Source: a virus
Virus record (IMG/VR): IMGVR_UViG_3300032307_000723
Coordinates: 53,614 to 117,613 of that record
Length of the DNA: 64,000 bases
Reading direction: 5' to 3' (one strand)
Position 1 is the stretch's first letter, and each line of letters starts with the position of its first letter. Positions 17,392 to 27,666 of the stretch are shown here, piece after piece. The notes under the pieces are model-generated. The model saw nothing but the letters and a program-made list of their open reading frames with translations. It made no database searches and was not told where the DNA came from. The position numbers and the translations under genes are program-made.

Positions 17392-17793
17392 ATGAAAGTA
17401 TGTTTAAAAGGTATGAAGAGCTTTCCTGTTGAAGGTGGGGAAGAATTAGTTAAGAGTTTCTGTGAGTTTTTACAATCACAAGTACCTCTGACTAATGATA
17501 TTACCGTAGAATTTTTAGATACTCGACAAGGGTCAATGACCACAGGTGTTAGATATCCTGGTAATAAGATTCAGGTTTTATCTTCCGGTCGATTACCAAT
17601 TGATGTATTGAGAACTTTATCTCATGAATGGATACACGAATTCCAAACTCAAAAACTTGGGGTTGATGATAGTAAACCGATTCAAGATATTGGAGGACCT
17701 GAAGAAAATATGTGTAATGTTCTAACAGGTATCTTTATCAAACAATTTGAACAAAATAATTCTGAATTTGAAGGTATATTATACAATGAATAA
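17392..17793 (+). CDS. Zincin-like (HExxH) metallopeptidase-like protein
   Basis: LRTLSHEWIHEFQ...E..CN. Confidence 0.55.
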   Translation: MKVCLKGMKSFPVEGGEELVKSFCEFLQSQVPLTNDITVEFLDTRQGSMTTGVRYPGNKIQVLSSGRLPIDVLRTLSHEWIHEFQTQKLGVDDSKPIQDIGGPEENMCNVLTGIFIKQFEQNNSEFEGILYNE

Positions 17794-17794
17794 T

Positions 17795-18964
17795 TTATTC
17801 TTCGGGTTTGTATCTTCTTGAAATCGAATGAGTCCAAGTTTTAGTAGTACCACCATCCGGATTTGATGAAACCAAATTGTCAATAATTTTAGGGTCAGAC
17901 ATTGATTTGAAAAATTCATTATCTCGATATTGATTGTAACTAAAAGTGATTCTTTTTAATCTTGGGTATCTTTTTACTGATAAATCATCTGATTGTTTTT
18001 TAAACAACCAATATGGTATTTTAAAATATTGAAACCCTTCTTTACCTTCTACCGGACCTAATATTTCTACTTGTGATTTTGGTAATTTAACTTTATGTAT
18101 TTTTATATTGTAAGGGTCGGCACCATCCATATAGATACCTTTACCTGTTAAAATCTCTTTAACATTTAATAATTCAATCATTTTATCTGTTTCATCATAA
18201 ATGGTGTAAGCTCCAATTATTGATTTATCATCAGGATTATAAACATTTTTATAAAAGTCAGGAGTTATTTCCTTAGGTTCGTCAATTGATTCTTCCTCTT
18301 GTTCTCTAATTTCTTCATCATTAGATGTGTCATTCCAATCAATTGTATTGTCTTCATTGTCAGACATTTTAGGTGGGATTGGTGGGTTTAATAAAAATTT
18401 ATCATTAACCCATTTTCGCAATTCATTTTCAACGAAGTATTCAGGTACCTCTTCATCATCCGGTTTTTCACTTGCAACATTTGCAATGTGTTTGGCGAAC
18501 TTAACTTTATACCTATCGTCTAACATTGTCATTAGTCCGTCTGATATAAAAAATATTTTAGTTAGAGGGTCTGATAAATTAATTTCACCTTCTGCAATTT
18601 TGAAAGATTTTAGAATTGCTTTGCCCCAAAATGTTTTATAGTTATCTGTTTCAACTAAACTTGGTGCTAGTATTTTATTTGCTGCTCGTACTGCTCCTGC
18701 GATTGCACCTGCAATAAATAATTGTGGTACGAACCAAGGGAGTAAACGTATAGTTGCTTTCACACCACCCTCACCAACGTGTTTGAATATTCTTCTCTTA
18801 GTAGCACTATCAACTAAAGCTTTAAGTTGTCCAAATGTAATTTTACCTTGTGCTTTACAGAACTTTTCACTATCACAAATATTCTTGACAGCGGTTTTAG
18901 ATGGTTCCACATCTTCTATAATTCTTTGGAGTTGAGACTCACTTACAATATAATTTTTATTCAT
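17795..18964 (-). CDS. Hypothetical protein with YIVSESQL leader
   Basis: MNKNYIVSESQLQRIIED; TATTTAT upstream on the - strand. Confidence 0.75.
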   Translation of the reverse strand: MNKNYIVSESQLQRIIEDVEPSKTAVKNICDSEKFCKAQGKITFGQLKALVDSATKRRIFKHVGEGGVKATIRLLPWFVPQLFIAGAIAGAVRAANKILAPSLVETDNYKTFWGKAILKSFKIAEGEINLSDPLTKIFFISDGLMTMLDDRYKVKFAKHIANVASEKPDDEEVPEYFVENELRKWVNDKFLLNPPIPPKMSDNEDNTIDWNDTSNDEEIREQEEESIDEPKEITPDFYKNVYNPDDKSIIGAYTIYDETDKMIELLNVKEILTGKGIYMDGADPYNIKIHKVKLPKSQVEILGPVEGKEGFQYFKIPYWLFKKQSDDLSVKRYPRLKRITFSYNQYRDNEFFKSMSDPKIIDNLVSSNPDGGTTKTWTHSISRRYKPEE

Positions 18965-19043
18965 AACAATAAATATAACTCATGATGGTATTGGTAAATC
19001 AAATTTTAATTCATATCTTTGTATCCAATATTAATACAATTAT

Positions 19044-19937
19044 ATGTCAAGATTAGATAAACTTAAAGAACAACATCCGGAACTAAATATGTCGGTTATG
19101 GATGTATTAGGTAAAATAGACCCTACAAACACTTACAAATATATGGAATTCTTGATTAAGAAATTCAAAGAGTTCTATTCTGAATACGATGATTGGTCAA
19201 TTGGATTAGGGATTGAAATGATGGGTAGTGATAATATGGATGCGTTGAATGAGTTTGAAAGGCACGCCAAGGCAAATAGAATCACCAATCCGGATATTAG
19301 TCAATATAAAGATTTTAATCAAATCAATGACGCAGTTAAAGAAGCTGAGGAAAAAGTTAGATTGAAGGAACTTGAGAAACAAGTTATCAAACTTTATGAT
19401 GATGATGAATGGTCTGTTGTTATTCCATTGAGTTATGAGGCGTCTAAAACATATGGTGCCAATACTAAATGGTGTACTACACAAGAAAGATATTGGAATG
19501 ACTATTACAAGACATATAAGTTAATCTACATTCAAAATAAAAAGACGAATGAGAAATACGCAGTTTCAAGACATTGGGAGGATAATAAAAAAGTTCAGGC
19601 TTGGATGTCTAATGACAATGAAACAAGTCCAATGTTACTTCCACTACCAATTGAGGTTATGAGTGTTATTCTTTGTGAGGTTAATAAGACAGATACTATA
19701 TTTGAACTTCAATCTAAACATAACATTGTTGAAGGTACTAAATCTAAAAAAGAGGGTAGACCTGATTATTTTGATGTAGATTCTTATGACAACCAATATA
19801 GTCGTAATGACGTGGAAATGGAAGCACTACGACGTAACATTTATGCTCCTTATGTATCAAATAATAGTTGGGGGTTTGAGAATAATGATGGTTTAAGTAT
19901 GAGAGATATAATAAGGAGATTAACCACTACTGATTAA
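19044..19937 (+). CDS. Hypothetical phage protein with YGxxTxWC motif
   Basis: SYEASKTYGANTKWCTT; TAnnTTTG upstream. Confidence 0.7.
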   Translation: MSRLDKLKEQHPELNMSVMDVLGKIDPTNTYKYMEFLIKKFKEFYSEYDDWSIGLGIEMMGSDNMDALNEFERHAKANRITNPDISQYKDFNQINDAVKEAEEKVRLKELEKQVIKLYDDDEWSVVIPLSYEASKTYGANTKWCTTQERYWNDYYKTYKLIYIQNKKTNEKYAVSRHWEDNKKVQAWMSNDNETSPMLLPLPIEVMSVILCEVNKTDTIFELQSKHNIVEGTKSKKEGRPDYFDVDSYDNQYSRNDVEMEALRRNIYAPYVSNNSWGFENNDGLSMRDIIRRLTTTD

Positions 19938-19949
19938 AAAAATATAGAT

Positions 19950-20543
19950 ATGGGATGTGATATACATTTGTTTAGTGAAAAGAAAAAAAGCGTAAATGGT
20001 GTTGAAAAATGGGTCAATGCTGACCATTGGACGATAAACCCTTATTTTGGGACTGACGAATATGAGTCAGAGTTAGAGTTAGTGTCAATATATCGTAATA
20101 GAAATTACAATTTATTTAATATTCTTGCTGAGGTTAGAGGTAATGGACCTTCGATATCCCAACCAAGAGGATTACCGGATGATGTCTCAGATGTTGTGAA
20201 AAAAGAATCAGACCGATGGGATGGTGATGGACATAGTCATAGTTATTTTACACTTGCTGAGTTGAAAAAATACTATGAAGCTAATTCCCATACCTCACAT
20301 AATGGGTTCCTTAGTGAAAGACAAAAAAAGGAATTGGATGAAGATGGTAAGGCACCATACAGTTGGGTTGAATGGTCAGGTCCTGATTTGGAATATAGAG
20401 AATGGAAAGAGGATTCTCCGTTAAAACAACTTGTTGAAAAGGTAGATGAAAGAATGAGGGATGAGTTTTGGATTAGTAAAGACGATGAAGACACCTCAAA
20501 GTTTGATGAGAAGTTTAGAATTGTGTTTTGGTTTGATAATTAA
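19950..20543 (+). CDS. Hypothetical phage protein (MGCDIH...FWFDN family)
   Basis: MGCDIH, RNYNLFNILA, RGLPDD, RIVFWFDN. Confidence 0.75.
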   Translation: MGCDIHLFSEKKKSVNGVEKWVNADHWTINPYFGTDEYESELELVSIYRNRNYNLFNILAEVRGNGPSISQPRGLPDDVSDVVKKESDRWDGDGHSHSYFTLAELKKYYEANSHTSHNGFLSERQKKELDEDGKAPYSWVEWSGPDLEYREWKEDSPLKQLVEKVDERMRDEFWISKDDEDTSKFDEKFRIVFWFDN

Positions 20544-20551
20544 AAAAAAAT

Positions 20552-20887
20552 ATGGAAAAAAGATTAGGTAAAATAGAATCTGTGAGTTTCGGTCTTGGTG
20601 GATATCAAGGGGCGATGTTAGGACTTCATGTTACATTAAGTAATGGAGGTTGGGGTGTTGGAGACTCAAACGCTCATTGGGATTCAGAACAGGTAAAATG
20701 GTCAGAAAATACCAAATGGTCTGAGGAAGACCGAGACGGTTGGTATGCTGAAATTATGAGATATGTCTCAAAGTTATTGAAGGATGCCAAGGTTGATTCA
20801 GTTGATAAATTAAAAGGGAAACCGGTTGAGGTTACCTTTGATGGTAATCAATTAAAAGAATGGAGAATATTAACAGAAGTATTATGA
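20552..20887 (+). CDS. Hypothetical protein
   Basis: 111 aa ORF in operon. Confidence 0.75.
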   Translation: MEKRLGKIESVSFGLGGYQGAMLGLHVTLSNGGWGVGDSNAHWDSEQVKWSENTKWSEEDRDGWYAEIMRYVSKLLKDAKVDSVDKLKGKPVEVTFDGNQLKEWRILTEVL

Positions 20888-21282
20888 AAAGAGGAATAAC
20901 TGCCAGTACATTTGATTTACTTCACGCGGGTCATATCCTGATGTTGAAGGAGGCAAAATCGGTTTGTGATTATCTTATTGTTGCGTTACAGGTTGACCCG
21001 ACAATTGATAGACCGGAAAAGAATAAACCAATTCAATCTTATTATGAGAGATGGGTTCAAGTATCTGCGGTTAAATATGTTGATGAGATTATCCCATATG
21101 CCACTGAAGAAGAATTAAGAACTATATTACAGAACTACGAAATTGATATTAGAATTTTGGGTGATGAATATTACGATAGATATTTCACAGGTAATGATTT
21201 ACAGATGGAATATCACTACAATAAGAGGACACACGGGTATAGTTCAACAGAATTAAGAAAAAGAATAAAAAGTTTGGAGTAA
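20884..21282 (+). CDS. Cytidylyltransferase (TagD-like glycerol-3-phosphate cytidylyltransferase family)
   Basis: TFDLLHAGH (HxGH motif), YLIVALQVD, RTHGYSSTELR; start moved to ATG 20884. Confidence 0.88.
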   Translation: MKRGITASTFDLLHAGHILMLKEAKSVCDYLIVALQVDPTIDRPEKNKPIQSYYERWVQVSAVKYVDEIIPYATEEELRTILQNYEIDIRILGDEYYDRYFTGNDLQMEYHYNKRTHGYSSTELRKRIKSLE

Positions 21283-21319
21283 TCCAAACTTTTTTTATAT
21301 CTTTGTGGAAAATAATAAT

Positions 21320-21508
21320 ATGTTTTACGATGATTTTGAGGTAGGTGATACTATCGGGTATGATGAGAATTGGGACGGTAGAAAGACAGGTAGGATGATA
21401 GAGCATGTATTAACTGAAGTGTCTTTGAGAGATATCAAGATATGGGAAAAGGAATATAACGAACATAACATGAGAATAATTAAAAAACATAAAGAGGAAA
21501 ACATATGA
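21320..21508 (+). CDS. Small hypothetical protein
   Basis: ATG behind TAnnTTTG (21298). Confidence 0.55.
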   Translation: MFYDDFEVGDTIGYDENWDGRKTGRMIEHVLTEVSLRDIKIWEKEYNEHNMRIIKKHKEENI

Positions 21509-22008
21509 TAGTATTGGGAATTATTTTAGGAGCTATTTTAACCATTTTATTGGCGATTGTTGTTGGTGATTATATTCAAAGTAAAAACAGAAAGAATAAA
21601 TGTAAGAATTGGCAAATTGGGGATAAACTTATTTTAAACCGAGGGGATTATCGTCGTGAATTAGAGAAAAATAATGTTGAATACGCGATTCTTAAGGGTT
21701 GGTCTTTAACTGATTTATACATTAATTGTGGAGATGACTTTGTTCATAAAGTGTCTTGGAGTTGTTTAGATAATAATAAATCTGCAAATTGGAGACAGAA
21801 CTATGAAGAAGCCAAAAAGGTTATGGGGTGTGACCCTCAATTCCCAAACGGAGTTGGTACTTCTTCAACATCAAAGGGTGACGTTAACGGGAAACCAATT
21901 GAGGTATTGAGTGAAATTGAGTGTGAGGTTCAACTGAAGTTAGCGATTGAAAAAGAAGACTATACTTTGGCGGACAAACTTAGAAAACGATTAGAAAAAT
22001 TTAGATAA
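21505..22008 (+). CDS. Membrane-anchored protein with C-terminal UVR-like motif
   Basis: N-terminal hydrophobic helix; LKLAIEKEDYTLADKLRKRL. Confidence 0.6.
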   Translation: MIVLGIILGAILTILLAIVVGDYIQSKNRKNKCKNWQIGDKLILNRGDYRRELEKNNVEYAILKGWSLTDLYINCGDDFVHKVSWSCLDNNKSANWRQNYEEAKKVMGCDPQFPNGVGTSSTSKGDVNGKPIEVLSEIECEVQLKLAIEKEDYTLADKLRKRLEKFR

Positions 22009-22009
22009 G

Positions 22010-22516
22010 ATGAGAGAGTGGTGTATAGAACAACATAGAAAAACGAATCATATGTATGATGTGTATCTTCCATATGAGTTCCATTTAAGAATGGTGAACA
22101 ATGTGTATAAAGACTTTCGACATTTATTGGATGAAGAATTGAATGATTATTGTGGTAAAGCTGTTTGGGGTCATGACTTAATTGAGGACTGTAGAGTATC
22201 TTATAATGATGTGAAGAACCATTTAGATGAAGGTGCGGCTGATATTATTTACGCAGTTACCAACGACAAAGGTAAGAATCGTAAAGAGAGAGCCGGTGTG
22301 AAATACTATGAAGGAATCCGTAAAACTCCGGGAGCCGTGTTTGTAAAACTATGTGATAGAATTGCGAATGTTCAGTATGGTAAGATGACTAAATCTCGTA
22401 TGTTTGAGATGTATAAAAACGAAAACTCAGATTTTGAACAATATTTAGGTCGTTACACCTCAAACAAGGACCTGGAACCAATGTTTGTTTATTTAAAAAA
22501 CCTATTCAATGAGTAA
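22010..22516 (+). CDS. HD-domain hydrolase, SpoT/Mesh1 small alarmone hydrolase-like
   Basis: PYEFHL, GHDLIED, AVTND, VKLCDRIANV. Confidence 0.8.
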   Translation: MREWCIEQHRKTNHMYDVYLPYEFHLRMVNNVYKDFRHLLDEELNDYCGKAVWGHDLIEDCRVSYNDVKNHLDEGAADIIYAVTNDKGKNRKERAGVKYYEGIRKTPGAVFVKLCDRIANVQYGKMTKSRMFEMYKNENSDFEQYLGRYTSNKDLEPMFVYLKNLFNE

Positions 22517-23021
22517 GATTGTTAAAATATTCAATGAGTTAATTCATCAAAAACTATCATCGCAATTTGGTGAGGTTTTATTGGATTGTAAGTTAATTGG
22601 TAGAAATGGCGGGATTGGTGATTATCGATATGACTTGTTGTTTATTTTTGATAGTGAATATAATAATCCGAGTATACAACTTGAAAGTGTTTTAAGAACC
22701 TGTGACGAGCTATTTGATTGGATTGATTTAAGTTTTAGTACTAACCTCAGTATTGTTATAATGCATAAGTTTGGTAGAAACCAACATTATAGTTATTTTG
22801 AGTTAATTGATGAGTTATGTAGACGTAATAGTTATTTTTCTTTTCATGAGTCAATGAGACATCCGAGGTATAAAGAGTATCAGGAATGGAAACTTAATAA
22901 AGAACGTGAAGAAAGAAGAAGAAGTGCTTGGGAGATGGAGATGGGAAGAATAACAAGAAATGATTTAATGCAACAAACAAGAATGACCGAATCAAGAAAA
23001 AAGAAGTTTTTATTTTGGTAA
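22509..23021 (+). CDS. Hypothetical protein
   Basis: 170 aa coupled ORF. Confidence 0.65.
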   Translation: MSKIVKIFNELIHQKLSSQFGEVLLDCKLIGRNGGIGDYRYDLLFIFDSEYNNPSIQLESVLRTCDELFDWIDLSFSTNLSIVIMHKFGRNQHYSYFELIDELCRRNSYFSFHESMRHPRYKEYQEWKLNKEREERRRSAWEMEMGRITRNDLMQQTRMTESRKKKFLFW

Positions 23022-23060
23022 ATCAAAATAAAGGATTATCTTTGTTGAAAATAAATTGAT

Positions 23061-23792
23061 ATGTTTAAATTTTACGAAGTCGGAGGGAAAGTTAGGGATG
23101 AGATTTTAGGTCTTGAGTCTAAGGATGTGGATTATGTTGCGGTTCCAAGTGACAAATTACTTCAGGACTTTGACACTGCGGAATCAATGTTCTCAATGTT
23201 GGAACAATATTTAAGAGATGAGAAGTTTGAAATCTTTTTAGTTACCGCAGATTGTTTTACAATTAGAGCTAAGTTCCCAAAAGACCACAAGTATAGTGGT
23301 GTCGCAGACTTTGTTATGGCTCGAAAAGAGATTGGATATATCGAAGGTACAAGAACACCAATCGTTAAACCGGGGACATTATATGATGACCTTGAGAGAA
23401 GGGATTTTACCTTGAATGCATTGGCAAAAGATGAAGATGGGAAAATCATCGACTTCTTCAACGGACTTGAAGATTTGAAGAATAAGTATTTGATAACTCC
23501 ATTACCAATTCATCAGACATTTAATGACGACCCTCTTAGAATTTTGAGGGCAATTAGATTCTCAATTACAAAAGGATTTACAATTCCTATGAGAATGGCA
23601 CTTGTCATAGAATCGTACAACTACGATGAAAAGATGGGTGTTGTTTCAACAGAAAGAATTAGAGAGGAATTATTCAAGTGTTTTAAACATGACACTTTGG
23701 AAACATTAAAAGTTCTTAATGAATTTCCATTACTGAAAAATTACATCTTCAAGGATAAAGGATTATGGTTAAAACCAACAATGGAGCAATAA
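23061..23792 (+). CDS. tRNA nucleotidyltransferase (CCA-adding) / poly(A) polymerase family
   Basis: VGGKVRDEILG..KDVDY, DLERRDFTLNALA, DDPLRILRAIRF, ERIREEL. Confidence 0.92.
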   Translation: MFKFYEVGGKVRDEILGLESKDVDYVAVPSDKLLQDFDTAESMFSMLEQYLRDEKFEIFLVTADCFTIRAKFPKDHKYSGVADFVMARKEIGYIEGTRTPIVKPGTLYDDLERRDFTLNALAKDEDGKIIDFFNGLEDLKNKYLITPLPIHQTFNDDPLRILRAIRFSITKGFTIPMRMALVIESYNYDEKMGVVSTERIREELFKCFKHDTLETLKVLNEFPLLKNYIFKDKGLWLKPTMEQ

Positions 23793-23805
23793 AAATAAAT
23801 AAGAT

Positions 23806-24561
23806 ATGAAATCAATAGAACAATCAATCCAAGAAATTAAAGACTTTAATTTCTTGGATTCATCACAAGAACAAATAGAGAAAATTCTCCCAACATTTGG
23901 TATGAATAATGAACAGACTTTTGAAATGCCCATGGAATTTGAAAAATACATGGGGTGGGGAATAAAGTTTTGGCAATACCCAAATCAATTGAGTAAATTT
24001 ATAGAGTTTATAAAAGGTAAGGAAATAAATTCTTATCTTGAAATTGGGGCTAGATGGGGTGGTACATTTATATTAATCAGTGAGGTTTTACGTCAAACTA
24101 ATCCACATATCGCAGCTTTTGCAAATGACTTCATAGAACCATCTGAAATATTACATACTTACCAACATAAATTTGATTCAAATAGATTTACTTACTTACA
24201 AAAGAATTCTAATGATATAGGTCTTTATGAAGATTTAAGTTCAATGGTTATGAAACCTAATCCACAAGTAGATATGGTTTTTATTGATGGTTGTCATTTA
24301 TATTGGTGTGTAAAAGAAGATTATCAGAGAGCATTAAATTTTGGTGCAAAATATATAATATTTCATGATATTGTTAGTCAATCTAGCCCGGCAACCAAAG
24401 CGGCTTGGGATGATATTAAAAAGAAACATAAAAAAACATTTGAATTTACTGACCAATATGATTCAGTTAAGGGTAAATACTTAGGTATTGGGGTTATTGA
24501 AGTAACTAAAGAAGATGATTGTTTTCCATTTTATAAAGAATATTATCCACATTTATTTTAA
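23806..24561 (+). CDS. Class I SAM-dependent methyltransferase (Methyltransf_24-like)
   Basis: YLEIGARWGGT, DMVFIDGCH.Y..VKEDY, IIFHDI. Confidence 0.82.
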   Translation: MKSIEQSIQEIKDFNFLDSSQEQIEKILPTFGMNNEQTFEMPMEFEKYMGWGIKFWQYPNQLSKFIEFIKGKEINSYLEIGARWGGTFILISEVLRQTNPHIAAFANDFIEPSEILHTYQHKFDSNRFTYLQKNSNDIGLYEDLSSMVMKPNPQVDMVFIDGCHLYWCVKEDYQRALNFGAKYIIFHDIVSQSSPATKAAWDDIKKKHKKTFEFTDQYDSVKGKYLGIGVIEVTKEDDCFPFYKEYYPHLF

Positions 24562-24619
24562 CATTAGCTGAGTGGTTTAATAAATAAAAAATGATTACAT
24601 TTGTATTATAAAAAAAAAT

Positions 24620-24826
24620 ATGGAAGAAAAATTTGGGGCGTTTATGTTAATGGTATTAATGTTGGTCGTGTTAGGAATTTTAATGGCTTGGCCTGTTCAA
24701 ATATTGTGGAACTTATGTTTGATTCATGCAATTGATGGATTAAATCCAATTACCTTTTGGCAAGCATTAGGGATTAACATATTATGTTCTATTTTATTTA
24801 AAAATTCAACAACTTCAAAAGATTAG
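24620..24826 (+). CDS. Small membrane protein
   Basis: Two hydrophobic segments, ITFWQALGI. Confidence 0.7.
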   Translation: MEEKFGAFMLMVLMLVVLGILMAWPVQILWNLCLIHAIDGLNPITFWQALGINILCSILFKNSTTSKD

Positions 24827-24831
24827 GAATT

Positions 24832-25281
24832 ATGAAAAGAATATACTTAGATGATGTAAGAACTCCAATCGATAAAGATTGGGTTGTTGTGAGAAGTTAC
24901 GAAGAGTTTGTTGAGAAAGTTAATGAGATTGGTTTGCATAATATTGAAACCATTTCATTGGACCATGACTTGGGTGATACTGCGATGAAAGAATATTTCG
25001 ACAATGTATCTCCAAACTATACCTTGGACTATAATAACATTCACGAGAAGACCGGATATGATGCAATAAAATTCTTAGTATCATTATTCTACAATACTAA
25101 TGTGGAAAGATTCAACATGAGTAGAAGAGAAAGAAAGGAACATGAGTTTATTTTTCCAAAAGTATATGTTCACTCAGCCAATCCAATTGGGTCAGCAAAC
25201 ATTATTGGGTATTGTAATAATTTCTTGATGAATGAAGGACAAGACCAAACCTGTGTAAGAGTAAAAATAGAACATACATAA
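24832..25281 (+). CDS. Cyclic-phosphate processing receiver domain protein
   Basis: IYLDDVRTP, ISLDHDLG, TGYD, VHSANPIG. Confidence 0.82.
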   Translation: MKRIYLDDVRTPIDKDWVVVRSYEEFVEKVNEIGLHNIETISLDHDLGDTAMKEYFDNVSPNYTLDYNNIHEKTGYDAIKFLVSLFYNTNVERFNMSRRERKEHEFIFPKVYVHSANPIGSANIIGYCNNFLMNEGQDQTCVRVKIEHT

Positions 25282-25282
25282 T

Positions 25283-25663
25283 ATGAAAGGAAGATTAAAT
25301 AAATTAGCGAAAGGATGGGTTGTAGAATATATTTTACCGGGACCACCATTTGTTGGAGAATTACCATTATTAATGGATGAAACAACATTTCCAAAGGACA
25401 GAGAATTATTTGTTGTTGGTAGTGAGGTTAGTTTCAAAATCGTTGAACAGTGGGAGGTTGGTGACTTCGATATGGAAGGTATTGTTGAATATGCTGAGAT
25501 TGTACCGGAAGTTAAGGAAGAAGAACCTTATGACTATTGGAAAGAAAGATGTTTGGCAGCGGAGAAGTTTATTGACTTATCTCCTTGTGACCCTGATATT
25601 TACGATGACCAATTAATCGCTCATGGTGAATGGGTTGCAATAAAAAACAAACAAACAAATTAA
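25283..25663 (+). CDS. Hypothetical protein
   Basis: 126 aa coupled ORF. Confidence 0.7.
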   Translation: MKGRLNKLAKGWVVEYILPGPPFVGELPLLMDETTFPKDRELFVVGSEVSFKIVEQWEVGDFDMEGIVEYAEIVPEVKEEEPYDYWKERCLAAEKFIDLSPCDPDIYDDQLIAHGEWVAIKNKQTN

Positions 25664-26050
25664 ATGGAGAATTTTAAAAAGTATTTCGAGTTCGGTGGAA
25701 CTATCTCAGGGTTAAATTATTTCTTGAGACAATTATTAACATCATTAGTCGCTTTTATTGGTGGATTTACCCTAGGGTATGGTATGGGAAGTGATAGTAT
25801 AGGGTTGATTACATTAGGTATGGTGATATTATCACCGGCTGTGTGGATGTCATTCGCAACTATCTATAAAAGATGTGAGGCGTTATTTCCCGGACAAGCA
25901 TCATCATATACTTCAGGTATTGTAATTTTACAGGTGTTAAGTCAATTTATGGGAGAAACCGCCTTGAGTGGATTAACATCACTAATATTACTCGTTATTG
26001 GGTTGTATTTAATATTCAAGAATTCAAATATTGTTGAACATAACGGATAA
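25664..26050 (+). CDS. DUF805-like membrane protein
   Basis: F.F.GTI...YF...three to four TM helices, A..YKRC. Confidence 0.65.
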   Translation: MENFKKYFEFGGTISGLNYFLRQLLTSLVAFIGGFTLGYGMGSDSIGLITLGMVILSPAVWMSFATIYKRCEALFPGQASSYTSGIVILQVLSQFMGETALSGLTSLILLVIGLYLIFKNSNIVEHNG

Positions 26051-26063
26051 CAAAAAAGAGGAC

Positions 26064-26687
26064 TTAGTCCTCTTTTTTTATGTCATAATAAAATGAATCT
26101 GTATCTTCACTAACCCATCGGTCTGATTGGTTTTCAACTGATGGTAGGTCTGTATCAACTTTAAATTGTTTTAAGTTCTCAGGTAATTTTTTTGTCACGA
26201 AATTACTATCTTTCCAAAAGATTCTGTTATTAGGTTGACATAATAAATAACCATCATCTGCTTGGAATATGTGACCACATTTATAATCACTTGGTTCATC
26301 ACTATAAGGATTATTAAACCAATCTATTGTGAACATATAAGTTGCCCACACTTTGGTTCCATCTCTTAATACAATTTCTGCTCTATGATATGCTAAAAAA
26401 TCATATTCAATTACAGTTGCGTTTTCTGAGAAACAATCCCAAAGTTGTTTATAATTGAACGGGATGTCATTAGTTGGTTCCTTTACGTATATTTCCGAGA
26501 TTGGAACTCTACTTCGAACCATTCCATCGTCTGTCATTACATGGAATGTTAATATAACTCCGGCAACGGATTGAATACCAAAACAATAAACATTCAAAAA
26601 TGTGTCGTGGTCTTCATTATTTTTGGTTAGATGAGATTTTCTCACTAATCCTTTAAAGCTGGGTATGTTTAAATTTAATTTACTCAT
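26064..26687 (-). CDS. Hypothetical protein
   Basis: 207 aa ORF, convergent with a bidirectional terminator at ~26053-26078. Confidence 0.75.
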   Translation of the reverse strand: MSKLNLNIPSFKGLVRKSHLTKNNEDHDTFLNVYCFGIQSVAGVILTFHVMTDDGMVRSRVPISEIYVKEPTNDIPFNYKQLWDCFSENATVIEYDFLAYHRAEIVLRDGTKVWATYMFTIDWFNNPYSDEPSDYKCGHIFQADDGYLLCQPNNRIFWKDSNFVTKKLPENLKQFKVDTDLPSVENQSDRWVSEDTDSFYYDIKKED

Positions 26688-26741
26688 AATGGTAAATCTA
26701 ATTCAATTTGTTATCTTTGTAAACTTAAGGTATTTATTATT

Positions 26742-27326
26742 ATGAAAGAATTGATTAGAAAAGTATTAATGGAAGAGGTTAGTCGACGTTTCACTTCAGG
26801 AACTTCAGAAAAACGGAATTTTATTATTAAACGATTGGAAGAATTATTATCTGAAGCAACAAGAGTTATTCCACCACTTGAAGAGAATTATGGGATACAT
26901 AATGAGGAATGGTGTAAAAATGGTAAGGTTGTAATGGAGGCTCGTTATCATGTGGATGAGGATACTGATGAATTTTTCTCAGGTGATTTGTTTATCGACC
27001 AAGATGTGATTGAGTTTTTATCCAAAATGTTGCAGGTTAGAAAACCCTTTATACTTAATGTTGTTACTGAATGGTATGATGAAAATTACGCTAGTAAGTT
27101 TGGACCTGAAGTTAATCATCCGGAGTTTGAGATTTTTGAAACATTTGAAACAGATGCTAAACGTAAATGTTATCAGATGATTAATATGGATGGCATTAGT
27201 AGAGACGAAATGGTTGATTATTTAGATAAGGAAACTGCTTATAGAAGAAAAGAATTAGAAGAATTACCTGATAATGAACTAAAAAGTAGATATAGAAGTG
27301 TTTATAACTCACGATTAAATAGATAA
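26742..27326 (+). CDS. Hypothetical protein with LIRKVLMEE leader
   Basis: MKELIRKVLMEE; TATTTAT 6 nt upstream. Confidence 0.75.
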   Translation: MKELIRKVLMEEVSRRFTSGTSEKRNFIIKRLEELLSEATRVIPPLEENYGIHNEEWCKNGKVVMEARYHVDEDTDEFFSGDLFIDQDVIEFLSKMLQVRKPFILNVVTEWYDENYASKFGPEVNHPEFEIFETFETDAKRKCYQMINMDGISRDEMVDYLDKETAYRRKELEELPDNELKSRYRSVYNSRLNR

Positions 27327-27339
27327 AAACAAACCCCAC

Positions 27340-27666
27340 CTAATTGGCGGGGTTTTCTTTATCATATACCCATTTCCTTTTCATTCCGGAGTTGTCGTAT
27401 CGATAACAAATATTTTTATCTTCAAAAACAAAGTTGATATCCATCATCATTGTCTCATCATATAATCCGGAGAATTTTATTATAGTTCCAACTTCTTTTT
27501 TAACTTCAAGATATTTTTTCCATCGAATTTGTTTATTGACTAAAAATAGGTAAGTCCAAAATTTGTAGTCGGTGAAAGAACCGTCAATACATCCCATTAA
27601 TTTAATAATATCAGGGTGACTCCGGACAATAGCCTTATCAATTATTTTCATAATCTGTTTGTCCAT
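27340..27666 (-). CDS. Hypothetical protein
   Basis: 108 aa ORF. Confidence 0.6.
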   Translation of the reverse strand: MDKQIMKIIDKAIVRSHPDIIKLMGCIDGSFTDYKFWTYLFLVNKQIRWKKYLEVKKEVGTIIKFSGLYDETMMMDINFVFEDKNICYRYDNSGMKRKWVYDKENPAN

